64,000 nucleotides of DNA from Pontiella sp. (GTDB lineage Bacteria; Verrucomicrobiota; Kiritimatiellia; Kiritimatiellales; Pontiellaceae): NCBI GenBank assembly GCA_050290185.1, contig JBNKHE010000001.1, positions 66,713-130,712 on the forward strand. Direction: 5' to 3'. The first letter of the stretch is position 1, and each line of letters opens with the position of its first letter. Position numbers and translations under genes: made by a program. The notes under the pieces are model-generated. The model was not told where the DNA came from and ran no database searches. It was given only the letters and a program-made list of their open reading frames with translations. Shown one piece after another: positions 8,561-17,781 of the stretch.

Positions 8561-9406
8561 TTACTTATCGCAGAGATAGTCCAGCATGAGGATCATGCGA
8601 TCCCGCAATTCGCTGCGCGGTATAACCATGTCGATCAGTCCGTGCTTCTGGAGGAATTCCGAACGCTGGAAGCCGTCGGGCAAATCCTGCTGGATGGTTT
8701 CCTTGATCACGCGCGCGCCGGCAAAACCGATCAGGGCTTCGGGCTCCGCGACGATCAGGTCGCCGAGCGTGGCGAAACTGGCCATGACGCCGGCCATGGT
8801 CGGGTGCGTGAGAATCGGGATATAGGGAAGACCGGCTTTCGCATGCCGGGCCAGTGCGGCGCTGGTCTTGGCCATCTGCATGAGGCTCAACATGCCTTCG
8901 TACATGCGGGCCCCGCCGGACGCGCACGAGATCAAGACCGGACGACCTTCCTTGGTGCAACGCTCAATAAGGTAAGTTACACGCTCTCCCACCACGCTGC
9001 CCATACTGGCGCCGAGGAAGGAAAAATCCATCACGCCCAATCCGATATCACGGCCGCCGAGCTGGCATCCACCCACGGTGATGGCATCGTCCCAACCCGT
9101 CTTCTTCTGGTTGGCGTCCAGCTTCTCGACATAGGACTGCCGGCCGGTAAAGCCAAGCGCATCGATCGATTTGATGTTGCCCGCCCATTCTTCGAAGGTT
9201 CCTTCATCGGACAGCAGATTGATCCGCTCCTGGCGCGGAAGAATAAAATGGTGGTCGCATTTCGTGCAGACTTCGAGGTTGGCCGTCACTTCTTCCTTAT
9301 AGATAATTTCGCCGCAGGAAGGGCATTTCATCCACAAGCCATCGGGTACATCGCGTTTTTTGACGGTGATTGTGGAATAGTTTTTCTTATTGCCAAATAG
9401 AGCCAT
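8561..9406 (-). CDS. accD: Acetyl-CoA carboxylase carboxyltransferase beta subunit
   Basis: LWMKCPSC...CTKC zinc finger, GASMGSVVGE, SGGARMYEG, IGFAGARVI. Confidence 0.97.
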   Translation of the reverse strand: MALFGNKKNYSTITVKKRDVPDGLWMKCPSCGEIIYKEEVTANLEVCTKCDHHFILPRQERINLLSDEGTFEEWAGNIKSIDALGFTGRQSYVEKLDANQKKTGWDDAITVGGCQLGGRDIGLGVMDFSFLGASMGSVVGERVTYLIERCTKEGRPVLISCASGGARMYEGMLSLMQMAKTSAALARHAKAGLPYIPILTHPTMAGVMASFATLGDLIVAEPEALIGFAGARVIKETIQQDLPDGFQRSEFLQKHGLIDMVIPRSELRDRMILMLDYLCDK

Positions 9407-9421
9407 TTCTAAATCCTCTGG

Positions 9422-10126
9422 TTAGCCCCGCGCTACGGTCAGCACGTGGACGCTATTCACCCCGCCCTTTTTCAGGGCCTTTGCGCAGGCATTCACGGTC
9501 GATCCCGTGGTCATCACATCATCGACCAGCAACACACGCCGACCGGTCAACTGCTTCTCTCTCTCAAACTGAAAAGCGTTCTGAACGTTACTAAGCCGCT
9601 GTGCGGCTGTCAAATTTGTTTGCGTGGCGGTCGGACGAATTCGCCGGAGTGCCCGGGATGACATTTTACAGCGCATGCGCTTCGCCAGCTCGCAGGCCAG
9701 TACCGCCGACTGGTTGTAGCCGCGTTCCCGCCGTCGTACATGATAAAGCGGCACCGGAACCACCAAATCAAAGGTTTGGCCCGGAAATTCCGCGTTAAGG
9801 CAATTCTGCATCAGTTCCGCCATATCGCATGCGAGCCACAAAGCCTTTTCATATTTCAACTGCCGCAACGCTTCGCCCACAACACCATCGTACCGGCTCG
9901 CCGACCGGGCAGCATCGAAAAACGGCCGCTCTGCAGAACAGGCATAACAGATATAATCGTGCTGGATGGTTCCGGCAACCGGATCTCCGCACAACTCGCA
10001 AAAAGGCGGCTCGATGTGGGCGGCGTCGGTCCAGCAGTCCCAGCACATGTAGCGAAAGGTTTCCGGCGATGGCTTCCCGCAGCCCATGCAACTGCGCGGA
10101 TAAATCATATCGAGTAGCCGGTGCAT
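9422..10126 (-). CDS. comF: ComF family competence protein (double zinc ribbon + PRTase)
   Basis: CxxC clusters, VPVPL...RERGYNQS, LLVDDVMTTGST, VLTVAR. Confidence 0.92.
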   Translation of the reverse strand: MHRLLDMIYPRSCMGCGKPSPETFRYMCWDCWTDAAHIEPPFCELCGDPVAGTIQHDYICYACSAERPFFDAARSASRYDGVVGEALRQLKYEKALWLACDMAELMQNCLNAEFPGQTFDLVVPVPLYHVRRRERGYNQSAVLACELAKRMRCKMSSRALRRIRPTATQTNLTAAQRLSNVQNAFQFEREKQLTGRRVLLVDDVMTTGSTVNACAKALKKGGVNSVHVLTVARG

Positions 10127-10141
10127 GACGCCGCTTAGGGA

Positions 10142-10993
10142 TCAGTTCGAAATAATAGGATCCAGATGAATCCGCTCGGGCTGGACCACCGGAAGATCGA
10201 CGTCCTTGACCCAATAGCGCTTGCCCTTGATCAACATGCTCCGGTTGAGGTAGCTCTCCATCTGCGATACCTGACCGCGCACGAGACAAATCGGCTCCTC
10301 GAAGCCGTCGGAAATGAGCACCAGTTTGTAGAGGCCGGGGTTTGCCCGCCGCAACACACCGGGAATTTCCACATACACCCCCTGTTTTCGGGTTTTATCC
10401 AATACGAGCATCAACGGCGATGTCTGTCCCTGATTCGCCTTCACATCGGCTTGCTGTGCGGATTCGGGCGTCGGCGTCGGATCAACCGTGGTCACTGGCT
10501 CGGGTTCCGGAGCCGGCTCAACCACCGGCTCGGGCGCGGGTGGCTCGATATACTCCACATACTTTTCGCTGATCCAGACACTGCAATCCGAAGGAGGAAC
10601 GATCTTCAGCCAGTTGTTGAATTCGCCGCGCACCGCCACAGCGTCCCCTTGGTTCATCTCACCCACCTTGGCGTAGTTCAGACTGGGGCCTGCGCGCACA
10701 TTGAGTATTTTAGGTTGCACAATGCCGTTTTGGATGAATTCACTAGCCACCCAGAAATCGAGGCTCTCGGGCGCCTGCACGCCGACCCAGCCATTGGTCT
10801 TGTCATGATAGATCAGTTCTTCGCCCCGCATGGCGCGGCTAAGCAGGTAGCCTTCGAGATTGGGTTCCGCCCGAAGACTTACCCGGTCGCCCGTCACACG
10901 AACCTTCATCAGGTCATTGGTCTGGACAACAACGGATTCATTCGTCTGGGCAACCGCCGTCACGGCCATGGCCAGCAGCATCAAAATTTTCAT
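10142..10993 (-). CDS. Exported protein with two bacterial SH3 domains and a Pro-rich linker
   Basis: VSLRAEP...GWVGV...WVASEFI and LNVRAGP...WLKI...WISEKYV. Confidence 0.85.
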   Translation of the reverse strand: MKILMLLAMAVTAVAQTNESVVVQTNDLMKVRVTGDRVSLRAEPNLEGYLLSRAMRGEELIYHDKTNGWVGVQAPESLDFWVASEFIQNGIVQPKILNVRAGPSLNYAKVGEMNQGDAVAVRGEFNNWLKIVPPSDCSVWISEKYVEYIEPPAPEPVVEPAPEPEPVTTVDPTPTPESAQQADVKANQGQTSPLMLVLDKTRKQGVYVEIPGVLRRANPGLYKLVLISDGFEEPICLVRGQVSQMESYLNRSMLIKGKRYWVKDVDLPVVQPERIHLDPIISN

Positions 10994-11008
10994 GGCATTC
11001 CCTCAGGT

Positions 11009-11785
11009 TTAAAGCGCAAAGAGCTTGCGCGCATTGGTTGCTGTCAAATTCGCAATGTAGTCTAGCGAACAGCCCTTAAGCTCTGCAAGTTGTTTAGCCA
11101 CATGAACCACAAATGCAGGCTCATTTCGATTCCCCCGCATCGGCACGGGCGCCAGATACGGAGAATCGGTCTCGATCAACAACCGGTCGTCCGGCACATA
11201 TTGGACCACCTCTCTTAAAGGATCGGCATTGGCAAAGGTTACGATGCCGCTGAAACTGATCATGAGCCCCAGGTCGAGCACCTGCCGGGCAAACGCGGCA
11301 TCGCGGGTAAAGCAATGCAGGACACCCAGCCGGCCAGGATCGCCTTTCCAGGCGCGGGCATAATCAGAGAGCAACGCAACCGTATCCTCATCGGCGTCGC
11401 GGGTATGCACCACCACCGGCTTTTGAAACTCCGCCGCCAACGCCAGGTTTTCGGCAAACAGCTTTTTTTGCTTAGTAGCGGTTTCGGCCGTGTAATAGTA
11501 GTCGAGACCGGTTTCGCCCACGGCCTTGACCCGCGGGTTTTCCAGATAGCCACGGAGTTCGGCAAGGTCATATTCCTGTGTGGCTTCGTCGCGATCGTAG
11601 CCTGCACAGCCGAAGATCCGGCCCGGATGCTCCTGCGCCAGCTTCAGCGAAAGCGCATTGGCCTCGGAGCCCCCCCCGATTGCCACCATCTCCAGCACCT
11701 TCGCCTCCTTCGCATGGCTCAAAAGTTCCTGGAAGGTTCCATCCGCTACAAAACGATCAAAATGTACATGGGTATCGATAAACAT
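11009..11785 (-). CDS. tatD: TatD family hydrolase
   Basis: IDTHVH, VGETGLDY, HTRDA, HCF, LIETDSPYLAP, RNEP. Confidence 0.93.
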   Translation of the reverse strand: MFIDTHVHFDRFVADGTFQELLSHAKEAKVLEMVAIGGGSEANALSLKLAQEHPGRIFGCAGYDRDEATQEYDLAELRGYLENPRVKAVGETGLDYYYTAETATKQKKLFAENLALAAEFQKPVVVHTRDADEDTVALLSDYARAWKGDPGRLGVLHCFTRDAAFARQVLDLGLMISFSGIVTFANADPLREVVQYVPDDRLLIETDSPYLAPVPMRGNRNEPAFVVHVAKQLAELKGCSLDYIANLTATNARKLFAL

Positions 11786-12003
11786 AATGCGGTGCAGTAA
11801 AGCGAATCGGGACGCCGGCGCGCGAGACTTATCCTGGTCGTTTTTTCAAGGAAGGCCCCTTTTTCAACGTAATCGCCCCGCTGGCGCGACTCATGTAGAT
11901 CTTGCTAATTTTTAACGAATAATACCTTGAAGAAGTGAGGGTCACTCGGCATATTTGCGCGCCTTTAGTGAGTTCATGGAGAAATATTTAACGAGGAAGA
12001 TCA

Positions 12004-14088
12004 ATGGCTAGAACAGTCCCTTTGAAGAATGTCCGCAACATCGGCATCATGGCGCATATTGACGCCGGCAAAACCACCGTATCCGAACGTATCCTTTATT
12101 ATACCGGCCGTTCACACAAGATCGGCGAAGTCCATGACGGCGCGGCCACCATGGACTGGATGGTCCAGGAACAGGAACGCGGCATCACGATTACCTCCGC
12201 GGCAACAACCTGCATGTGGAAAGATCACATGATCTCCATCATCGACACCCCCGGCCACGTGGACTTCACCATGGAAGTGGAACGCGCCCTGCGCGTACTC
12301 GACGGTGCTATTGCCCTCTACTGTGCGGTCGGTGGCGTTCAGCCCCAGTCCGAGACCGTATGGCATCAATCCGAACGCTACGAAGTGCCGAAAATCGCTT
12401 TCGTCAACAAGATGGACCGTATCGGCGCCGACTTCTTCTCCGTGGTTGATGGCATTCAGAACATGCTCGGCGCCAACGCCGTTCCGGTCGTTATTCCGAT
12501 CGGTGCCTCAGACGAGTTCAAAGGCATTGTCGACCTGATCACCATGAAGGCCCTGATCTTCAAGGAAGAAACCCAGGGTGCTGAATGGGAAGAATGCGAA
12601 ATCCCTGCCGACCTCGTTGAAACCGCCAAGGAATGGCGCAACAACCTCGTTGAAAAATGCGCCGAACAGGATGAAGCCCTGCTCGAAAAATACTTCGAAG
12701 AAGGCGACCTGTCCGAGAAGGAAATCTGGACGATCCTGCGCAAGGCCACGTGCGCCCGTCAGGTCGTTCCCGTCTTCTGCGGCTCCGCGTTCAAGAACAA
12801 GGGTGTTCAGCAGCTGCTTGACGGCGTGATCAAGATTCTTCCTGCGCCAAACGAAATTCCTCCGATCATCTGCACCAAGGATCCGGAAAACCAGCGCAAG
12901 GTTGACGACAACGAAGTCTTCTCCGCATTGGCCTTCAAGATCATGTCCGACAAGCATATGGGCAAACTGACCTACTTGCGCATCTACTCGGGAACCATGG
13001 TTGCCGGAACCAACATCTGGAACAGCAGCCAGCAAAAGAAGCAGCGCATCGGCCGCCTGCTCCGCATGCACTCCAACCGCCAGGAAGCCTTGGAAATGGC
13101 CGTGGCCGGTGACATTGTTGCGGTGGCTGGTCTCACCGAAACCAAAACCGGAGACACGCTCTGCGAAAAGGAAAACGAAATCTTCCTCGAATCCATGGAC
13201 TTCCCGGCACCGGTAATCTCGATTTCCATTAAACCGGAATCCAATGCCGACAATGAAAAACTGGGCGAAGCCCTGCATCGCCTGGCCGACGAAGATCCGA
13301 CCTTCACGGTAGCCTTCGACCATGAAACCAGCGAAACCATTATTGCGGGCATGGGCGAGCTTCACCTCGAAATCATCGTGGACCGCCTGAAGCGCGAATT
13401 CGGCGTGGTGGCTGAAGTCGGACGTCCGGAAGTCGCGTACCGCGAAACCGCAACCTCCCCGGCCGAAGGATCCTACAAGCATTCCAAGCAGTCCGGTGGT
13501 CGCGGTCAATATGGCCATGTGGTCATGACCGTAGAGCCTGGCAAACCGGGTGACGGCTTCGAGTTCGAGAACAAGGTGGTCGGCGGACGCATCCCAACGG
13601 AATACATTCCTTCGGTCGAAAAAGGGGTTATTCAGGCACTGGAAGCCGGCCCGTTTGCCGGTTATCCGGTGGTCGACATGAAGGTTACCCTCACCGATGG
13701 TTCCTACCACGATGTCGACTCCTCCGACTTTGCCTTCCAGATTGCCGGACGCCAAGGCTTCAAGGAACTCTTCATGAAAGGCAACCCGCAGTTGCTCGAG
13801 CCGATCATGAGCATCGAAATCACAACTCCCGAAGAATTCATGGGACCGTGTAACAGCACCATTGCTCAGCGTCGCGGACGGATTGAGTCCATGGATGAGC
13901 GCGGCGGCATGAAGATCGTAAAGGGCATGGTTCCGTTGAGCGAAATGTTCGGCTACTCCAACACGATCCGCTCCCTCACCCAGGGTCGCGCATCCTTCTC
14001 CATGACCTTCGAACACTACGAAGCGGTTCCATTCTCGATCGCCGAAGAAGTGGTCAAGAAACGGCGTGAAGAAGGTAAGGTCAGATAA
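12004..14088 (+). CDS. fusA: Elongation factor G
   Basis: [55 protein letters not shown]. Confidence 0.97.
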   Translation: MARTVPLKNVRNIGIMAHIDAGKTTVSERILYYTGRSHKIGEVHDGAATMDWMVQEQERGITITSAATTCMWKDHMISIIDTPGHVDFTMEVERALRVLDGAIALYCAVGGVQPQSETVWHQSERYEVPKIAFVNKMDRIGADFFSVVDGIQNMLGANAVPVVIPIGASDEFKGIVDLITMKALIFKEETQGAEWEECEIPADLVETAKEWRNNLVEKCAEQDEALLEKYFEEGDLSEKEIWTILRKATCARQVVPVFCGSAFKNKGVQQLLDGVIKILPAPNEIPPIICTKDPENQRKVDDNEVFSALAFKIMSDKHMGKLTYLRIYSGTMVAGTNIWNSSQQKKQRIGRLLRMHSNRQEALEMAVAGDIVAVAGLTETKTGDTLCEKENEIFLESMDFPAPVISISIKPESNADNEKLGEALHRLADEDPTFTVAFDHETSETIIAGMGELHLEIIVDRLKREFGVVAEVGRPEVAYRETATSPAEGSYKHSKQSGGRGQYGHVVMTVEPGKPGDGFEFENKVVGGRIPTEYIPSVEKGVIQALEAGPFAGYPVVDMKVTLTDGSYHDVDSSDFAFQIAGRQGFKELFMKGNPQLLEPIMSIEITTPEEFMGPCNSTIAQRRGRIESMDERGGMKIVKGMVPLSEMFGYSNTIRSLTQGRASFSMTFEHYEAVPFSIAEEVVKKRREEGKVR

Positions 14089-14110
14089 CCATTCCTTGCT
14101 GGAACTTGCG

Positions 14111-14140
14111 AAAGGCCGCCTGAACAGGCGGCCTTTTTTT
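14111..14140 (+). terminator. Intrinsic terminator of fusA
   Basis: AAAGGCCGCCTG-aa-CAGGCGGCCTTT plus a T-run. Confidence 0.88.
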
Positions 14141-14448
14141 GTTTCTGGATGCATTTAGGAATCAGGCAGAAGACCGCCCGGCGAGCTGGTCTCCTGCAGT
14201 ATACGTGCGAACGGAGGAGCGATCATCCCAGCCGCAAAAATAGGCGGAATCCCGAAAGTGGGGTCTGGTTTATTTTGGTACAGAAAACTTCGTTGAGCCG
14301 TCCGAGTCGCACCTTCTGTGAAAGTGGCTCGCAACACCACCGCTACAATGGCGGTTTTGTCGTGTAGGCGCTACCCAGAATCGCTATTCAAGTGAACGGG
14401 CATTCTGCCCCCATCTTTACCGATGCCCCCCTGCGACGCCCAGCCAAC

Positions 14449-14477
14449 AAAAAAGGCGCCCCGCAAGGGACGCCTTT
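14449..14477 (-). terminator. Intrinsic terminator of the symporter gene
   Basis: Minus strand AAAGGCGTCCC-ttgc-GGGGCGCCTTTTTT. Confidence 0.8.
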
Positions 14478-14498
14478 GATATGAAGTGTTAGCGTCGT

Positions 14499-16307
14499 CT
14501 ACCAGAAGATCACGTAAAGCGCGACCGTAAGGATACAGGCCCCCAGACCCCAAACAAGAGCCCCCTTGGAGGAGGTCAAATCCATCGTGGTGTTGTGCGC
14601 GAAGACCACCTTCTCCTGCTTGAAGATCAATCCGTAGACGGTCAAAATGGCCAAAACAGCGATCAGTGAGTAGGACATACTGTACAGGAAGGGTACATCC
14701 GGCCATAACGTTGTAAAAATGCCATAAATAATCGGATTGGCAACCAGGCCGATAACACCAGCCCATTGCCCAGAGGTGCGGTTCAGCAACCCATAGATGA
14801 ACACCGCCAGAATCCCGGTGGAGACAAATCCCTGGAACTTCTGAATGAATTCAAAGACACTTTTGTTATTCACCAGCATTGGGGCAATAACGCAACCAAT
14901 CACCACGAAGATCCCGATGAAAACGCGGCCCATGGTTACGAGTTTAAACTGGGATGCCTCCCGATCGATATAGCGGGAATATACATCCATCGTCAGCAAT
15001 GTTGATGCCGCATTGAGTACCGCAGCCAACGAGGAAACAATCGCACCCAGCAAGGCTGCTATTACAAACCCGAGAATACCGACATTTTGCGGTATAAGAC
15101 GCGTAATGAGCAGTCCCAATGCAGAGTCGTATTTGTAGGGATTAATAGCAATTTCCTCAACGGAATCCGCGCCGACGCGTGCAAGAACAGATGCGTTGTA
15201 TGCTTTGATTTCAGCCGCCTGTTCAGGGTTTGCGTTAATCCACTTGGCATCCAGCTCGAATACCTGAGTTGAATCAGGGTTTGCAACGGCCTGTTCATAC
15301 ACGGCCAACGTATCGCCAGCGCTCTTTTCCATATCCGCACTGAAAAGGTTGAAAGCAATAATACCCGGAATCACGATGACAAACGGCACGATCAGCTTAA
15401 GGAAGGCTGCCAGTACAAGACCTTTCTGACCTTCCGCCAACGAAGCGGACCCCAGAATACGCTGGGTAATGTACTGGTTCAGGCCCCAGTAGTAGAAGTT
15501 GGGAATCCAGATCCCCAGCAGCAGGATCGGCCACGGCATGGTTGGATTACTGCCCATGTGCATGGCCGAGTCGTTCAGTGTATTGAACTTTTCGACAACT
15601 CCCGCACTCTGATCGATCGTGGCCTGTGCTCCGGTGGCAGTCACCAGCTCGGAAACATCGGTTCCGCCGAGGGCATTCACCGCAAAATAGGTAATGACAC
15701 CGCCGCCGATGATCAGCGCAGTTCCCTGAATCAGGTCGGCCCAGGCACACGCTTTCAGGCCGCCAACCGCCACATAAATCGCGGCCATGGCACCCAATGC
15801 CCAGCAACAACCCGCAAGCGAAAGGTTAACGTCGTAGGAAACCATCAGTTCCTTGAGCGTCAGAGCACCTGCGTAAATAACACCGATGAGGCTGACTCCG
15901 ATCAGGATGAGCATCATGGAAAGCGTCATGAACAGACGTGCCCAGTGATTGTAACGTATTTCAAGAAATTCGGGAATCGTCGTGATGCCCGAACGAAGGA
16001 AATAAGGCAGTAAAGCGAACGCCACAACTACCAGAGTAATGGCCGCAATCCATTCCCAGCTGGAAACGGACAGGCCATAAAGGCCGGCACCCTGCCCGGA
16101 CATGCCCACAAACTGCTCCGCGGAAATATTGGCCGCGATCAGCGAAAAGCCAATCAGCCACCAGGTCAGTCCGCGACCCGCGAGAAAGTAATCCGATGCA
16201 CCGTGTTCACTGTGCGTCTCTTCCCCTTTCGACTTGTACAATCCAACACCAATCACCGTGATGATGAAGGCCACAAACACAATAATATCAATGATTCCCA
16301 TTTTCAT
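14499..16307 (-). CDS. Sodium:solute symporter (SSS, SGLT-like sugar symporter)
   Basis: YFLAGRGLTWW.IGFSLIAANIS.EQFVGMSG, GGLKA.AWAD, YWGLNQYITQR, many TM helices. Confidence 0.92.
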   Translation of the reverse strand: MKMGIIDIIVFVAFIITVIGVGLYKSKGEETHSEHGASDYFLAGRGLTWWLIGFSLIAANISAEQFVGMSGQGAGLYGLSVSSWEWIAAITLVVVAFALLPYFLRSGITTIPEFLEIRYNHWARLFMTLSMMLILIGVSLIGVIYAGALTLKELMVSYDVNLSLAGCCWALGAMAAIYVAVGGLKACAWADLIQGTALIIGGGVITYFAVNALGGTDVSELVTATGAQATIDQSAGVVEKFNTLNDSAMHMGSNPTMPWPILLLGIWIPNFYYWGLNQYITQRILGSASLAEGQKGLVLAAFLKLIVPFVIVIPGIIAFNLFSADMEKSAGDTLAVYEQAVANPDSTQVFELDAKWINANPEQAAEIKAYNASVLARVGADSVEEIAINPYKYDSALGLLITRLIPQNVGILGFVIAALLGAIVSSLAAVLNAASTLLTMDVYSRYIDREASQFKLVTMGRVFIGIFVVIGCVIAPMLVNNKSVFEFIQKFQGFVSTGILAVFIYGLLNRTSGQWAGVIGLVANPIIYGIFTTLWPDVPFLYSMSYSLIAVLAILTVYGLIFKQEKVVFAHNTTMDLTSSKGALVWGLGACILTVALYVIFW

Positions 16308-16507
16308 CTCCTCTTAGTATGATCCACCCCACCACGATCGACGGAGGAAGTTATCTTTTTACCCTATTCTCCCTGCCATATAAAAGTCATTTTAACCGGA
16401 CTTTGTTACCCACCACCATTGATTGTGTTTGCAATGTGCCCGTCCATGATGTCTATTGTTAATAGCCTGATTCCAGCGACAATATATCAAAGTAATAGGA
16501 ACCCGAC

Positions 16508-16912
16508 ATGAAAGCACTGCTGATCGTAGCCCACGGAAGCCGACGGAATGAATCGAACGAGGAGATTCGCCGCCTTTCCAACCGCATCAAGGAAAATGCA
16601 GGCCCGGCCTTCGATTTGGTCATGAGCGCTTTTCTTGAAATCTCAAGTCCCCAGGTCGACTCAGCCATCGCGGATCTTATCGATGAAGGGGCCACGCAAA
16701 TAAAAGTATTCCCCTACTTCCTCTCTGCGGGAACACATGTCGTGAACGACATTCCACGCCTGATCCAGGAAGGGCGGGAGGCCCATCCCGACGTCCACTT
16801 CGAAATATTGCCGCACATGGGCGCGTTGCAGGGAATCAGCACTCTGATTCTCAGCCAGATCTATATGGGTTCACCGACCGCCCCGCAGTTAAAGGCGATG
16901 GAAACGGATTAA
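16508..16912 (+). CDS. CbiX/SirB-type chelatase (short form)
   Basis: LLIVAHGSR, AFLE...P, PYFLSAGTHVVNDIP. Confidence 0.88.
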   Translation: MKALLIVAHGSRRNESNEEIRRLSNRIKENAGPAFDLVMSAFLEISSPQVDSAIADLIDEGATQIKVFPYFLSAGTHVVNDIPRLIQEGREAHPDVHFEILPHMGALQGISTLILSQIYMGSPTAPQLKAMETD

Positions 16913-16956
16913 TCTCAATCCGTTGCCTTGCCAGAAAGATAATTCCGTTATTCTAT

Positions 16957-16985
16957 TTGACTTCGGATTCCTGTTCACCTAGGTT
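16957..16985 (+). promoter_or_regulatory. Putative sigma70 promoter of rpsU
   Basis: TTGACT-17 nt-TAGGTT followed by GC-rich CCCCGC. Confidence 0.6.
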
Positions 16986-17033
16986 CCCCGCTTGTTTTTG
17001 ACCCCGAATATGTTGGGGGAGGTGAATTTAAAA

Positions 17034-17216
17034 ATGGCACAAGAAACCTGCGAAGTTAAAGTACGTCGTGGCGAAAGCGTCGACCGCGCGCTGCGCCGCC
17101 TGAAGAAGGCCCTCGATAAGGAAGGCATTCTGAAATCCATGCGTGCGAAACGCCACTACGAAAAGCCGAGCGAAAAGAAAAAACGTTTGGCCAACAGCCG
17201 GCGCACACGCCGATAG
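17034..17216 (+). CDS. rpsU: 30S ribosomal protein S21
   Basis: [26 protein letters not shown]...HYEKPSEKK. Confidence 0.95.
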   Translation: MAQETCEVKVRRGESVDRALRRLKKALDKEGILKSMRAKRHYEKPSEKKKRLANSRRTRR

Positions 17217-17239
17217 CTTTTCCAGTTTTATGGAAAACG

Positions 17240-17268
17240 AAAGCTCCCGTTTCCCGGGAGCTTTTTTT
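17240..17268 (+). terminator. Intrinsic terminator of rpsU
   Basis: AAAGCTCCCG-tttcc-CGGGAGCTTT plus a T-run. Confidence 0.85.
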
Positions 17269-17552
17269 GTATCGATCCCCCGCCTTCGGCGAGTGGAATC
17301 ATTGGTTCATGCGATGCATTTTTGCATTCAACAAATCAATAACCCACAGGCATATCATCCAACTGACCGGCTGACGGACCGGCTGAGCGGATTCGGCCGC
17401 GCGGGAGAATGAATTGCACGTTTGCATATGAGTTAACGAGTCGATCCTGAAAAATCCTGTTTTCAGGATCGCAACATAAGCTCATCCGGCAAATCACATA
17501 CAGCGAAAAGGAATCATCTGTCCAACCGCCGGACTGTCGCGATAAAAGTGAA

Positions 17553-17637
17553 TGGTGCCCAAGGCGGGACTCGAACCCGCATAGCCGAAGCCGAGGGATT
17601 TTAAGTCCCTTGTGTCTACCAATTTCACCACCTGGGC
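17553..17637 (-). tRNA. tRNA-Leu (anticodon TAA)
   Basis: GCCCAGGTGGTGAAATTGGTAGAC...GGGACTTAAAATCCC...long variable arm...GGTTCGAGTCCC...GGGCACCA; 85 nt with encoded CCA. Confidence 0.97.
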
Positions 17638-17781
17638 ATAGCGTTGTAAATGGGAGCTGGGTAAATAATCACCTACGGATATGAAACACAATAAAAAAGG
17701 GGAGCCATCCGTTGATTATGCCATCAGAGATAACCAATAATCTATTGCTTTTCCCAACCCCTGAATGGCACATTTAAAACG

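Noticed and set aside
12508..14154. 548-aa antisense ORF over fusA (similar ones over metH, the MTHFR fusion, accD and qmcA)
   Set aside because: Shadow ORFs caused by codon bias in GC-rich, highly expressed genes; no protein motifs.
17218..17237. TTTTCCA-N5/6-TGGAAAA-like palindromes (weaker versions near 1448, 4215, 14092 and 35482)
   Set aside because: Short, degenerate and variable in spacing. They cannot be separated from chance without genome-wide counts.
17270..17780. Genomic island at tRNA-Leu
   Set aside because: No integrase and no duplicated tRNA 3' end seen; the flanks are housekeeping genes.
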